A DNA stretch of 63,815 bases, the filler included, from Octopus bimaculoides (Eukaryota): NCBI RefSeq assembly GCF_001194135.2. It is 7 parts of 7 records of this genome, joined end to end, with 100 filler letters (N's around TTAATTAATTAA, not from the genome) between each part and the next. Parts side by side here need not be neighbours in the genome. Positions count along the whole stretch, not along the records: positions 52,923 to 62,450 come from NC_068981.1; positions 62,551 to 63,815 come from NW_026395581.1; 5 more parts are not named here. The stretch is one strand, 5' to 3'. The first letter of the stretch is position 1. Each line of letters opens with the position of its first letter. Of this stretch, positions 62,138-63,815 are shown piece by piece. The position numbers and the translations under genes are program-made. A model generated the notes under the pieces. The model was given only the letters and a program-made list of their open reading frames with translations. It made no database searches and was not told the origin of the DNA.

Positions 62138-62450
62138 TAGTTTTATTTTTATAACGTGCTTTCACTTCACTACCGAGCGCAGCTCTGTGCGCCTTGGGTA
62201 TGTGCTGTGGTTTGCTGTGGTGCTCTTATGCTCACTGTATTGAAAGTGTTTTGCGTAGAATGTGTGCAGTACCCAGTAGTGCAATTTTCTGTATGTTATA
62301 TATATTTGTAAGTCCTGCTATTTTTGTTATGTGTTTGTCTGAATATTTTTTATTATACCTAAGGCACCTACTATGATAGGAATTGTTTCTGTTTTTAGAT
62401 TCCACATTCGAGTTATCTCTATTTCCAGGTCTTTGTATTTTGAAAGTTTT
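62103..62450 (-). mobile_element. R4/Dong-like LINE 3' end with (TAA)n tail, little decayed
   Basis: KLSKYKDLEIEITRMWNLKTETIPIIVGALG...IQKIALLGTAHILRKTLSIQ* (stop at 62232-62234), about 100-nt 3' UTR, then (TAA)n. Confidence 0.9.
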
Positions 62451-62550
62451 NNNNNNNNNNNNNNNNNNNNNNNNNNNNNNNNNNNNNNNNNNNNTTAATT
62501 AATTAANNNNNNNNNNNNNNNNNNNNNNNNNNNNNNNNNNNNNNNNNNNN

Positions 62551-63441
62551 ACAAACAGGCTGACACAAAGACACACATACACAGAGGATGATGCAACATT
62601 CTGACTTTAACAAATAATGTGAAATAGATATGTACCAAAGTACTTTGCAAGGGATATGTTGTGGTTTGGTTCTCTCCAAGTGTAACAGAGGATGACGAAG
62701 AAAGCGAAGATGAGGGTCCCATTGGCTACAAACAAAATATGACGTGGCACAAACAATTATATACAACGAAATGACACATTGCACAAATCAAAATACAAGA
62801 AAACGCACACGTTAAAGAATATAGAGAATGCTGTATACAATATATATATATATAAAATTTAGATTCAAGGTGAATATGGTCCTTAAGTTTAGGCACCAGA
62901 ATTAAGTATGGTATTATCCAGTGAATTCCAAAATAAGGTCATCAAAAATCAAAATAAGCAACAATGAAAGTCAAGGTTAATGCAGTACGATCGTTTCATG
63001 CAACTTCATTTATTTAAGCAATGCGAGCATTACATTAAATGTAAAATGCAGACCCATTTTCAGCTGCACAAAGATACAGAAAATTTACTAAAATTTCATT
63101 TCAGCAGAAGGACATATTTGTGTAACTACATTTAAACACTCCACGTGAGAATGAAGAATACAAAAAACCATTTTAACTTAGCCAGGCCATACAGGCTAAG
63201 TCAAAATACTGTCTAAGTCAAAATGGTGTCTTGTATTCTTCGTTCCCACTTGGAGTGTTTAAATTTAGTTAAAATAATATGTCCTAGAGAAATGAAATTT
63301 CCGTAAATTTTCTGTATCTTTCTGCAGCTGAAAATTGCTCTGCATTTTACATTTAATGAAATGCTCACATTGCTTAAATAAATAGAGTCGCATGAAACGA
63401 TCGTACTGCATTAACCTTGAATATCCTTGTTGCTGATTTTG

Positions 63442-63474
<33 letters not shown>

Positions 63475-63815
63475 CATACAGACAGACAGACAGATAGACA
63501 GACAGACAAACAGACAGGCTGACACAAATACACACAGTCACAGAGGATGATGCAACATTTTGACATTAACAATTAATGTGAAATAGATATGTACCGAAGT
63601 ACTTTGCAAGGGATCTGTTGTGGTTTGGTTCTCTCCAAGTGTAACAGAGGATGACGAAGAAAGCGAAGATGAGGGTCCCGGTGGCTACAAACAAAATATG
63701 ACGTGGCACAAACAATTATATACGAGGAAATGACACATTGCACAAATCAATATGCAAGAAAGACGCACACTGTAATGAATATAGAGAATGGTATATACAT
63801 TATATACATATATAT
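62551..63815. repeat. About 300-bp diverged direct repeat pair (offset about 959)
   Basis: 62555-62850 and 63514-63815 are colinear with scattered substitutions. Confidence 0.8.
62971..63420. mobile_element. MITE-like element with about 130-bp inverted arms
   Basis: 62971-63102 is the near reverse complement of 63289-63420 (TCAAGGTTAATGCAGTACGATCG ... CGATCGTACTGCATTAACCTTGA); no TSD identified. Confidence 0.75.

Overview
Repeat-dense, AT-rich eukaryotic DNA with many N gaps and heavy microsatellite load. It is most likely an octopus scaffold (inference from the SINE families and repeat landscape; no marker gene visible). Almost all supplied ORFs are microsatellite or N artefacts. What can be supported: (1) four interspersed SINE-like families, several copies with target-site duplications; (2) decayed LINE fragments (Tx1/L1-like, R4/Dong-like, RTE-like, possibly CR1/L2); (3) Tc1/mariner, maT (DD37D) and hAT DNA-transposon relics and MITEs; (4) one credible first coding exon of an unknown secreted protein (23698-23995, +) and a few weak exon candidates in a CpG-depleted block (about 26-39 kb); (5) artificial TTAATTAATTAA scaffold spacers. 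The most interesting signal is a set of type I hammerhead ribozyme motifs. Two belong to one structured, retrozyme-like repeat of about 355 nt, seen as two divergent subfamilies (6282-6568 + and a partial tandem at 42742-43195 -). Both carry the same non-canonical C.A juxtaposition at the base of helix II, and the 6.3 kb copy directly abuts the 3' end of a Tx1-like LINE. Four further Penelope-type minimal hammerhead motifs occur elsewhere. All structures were folded by eye; none was computed or searched.
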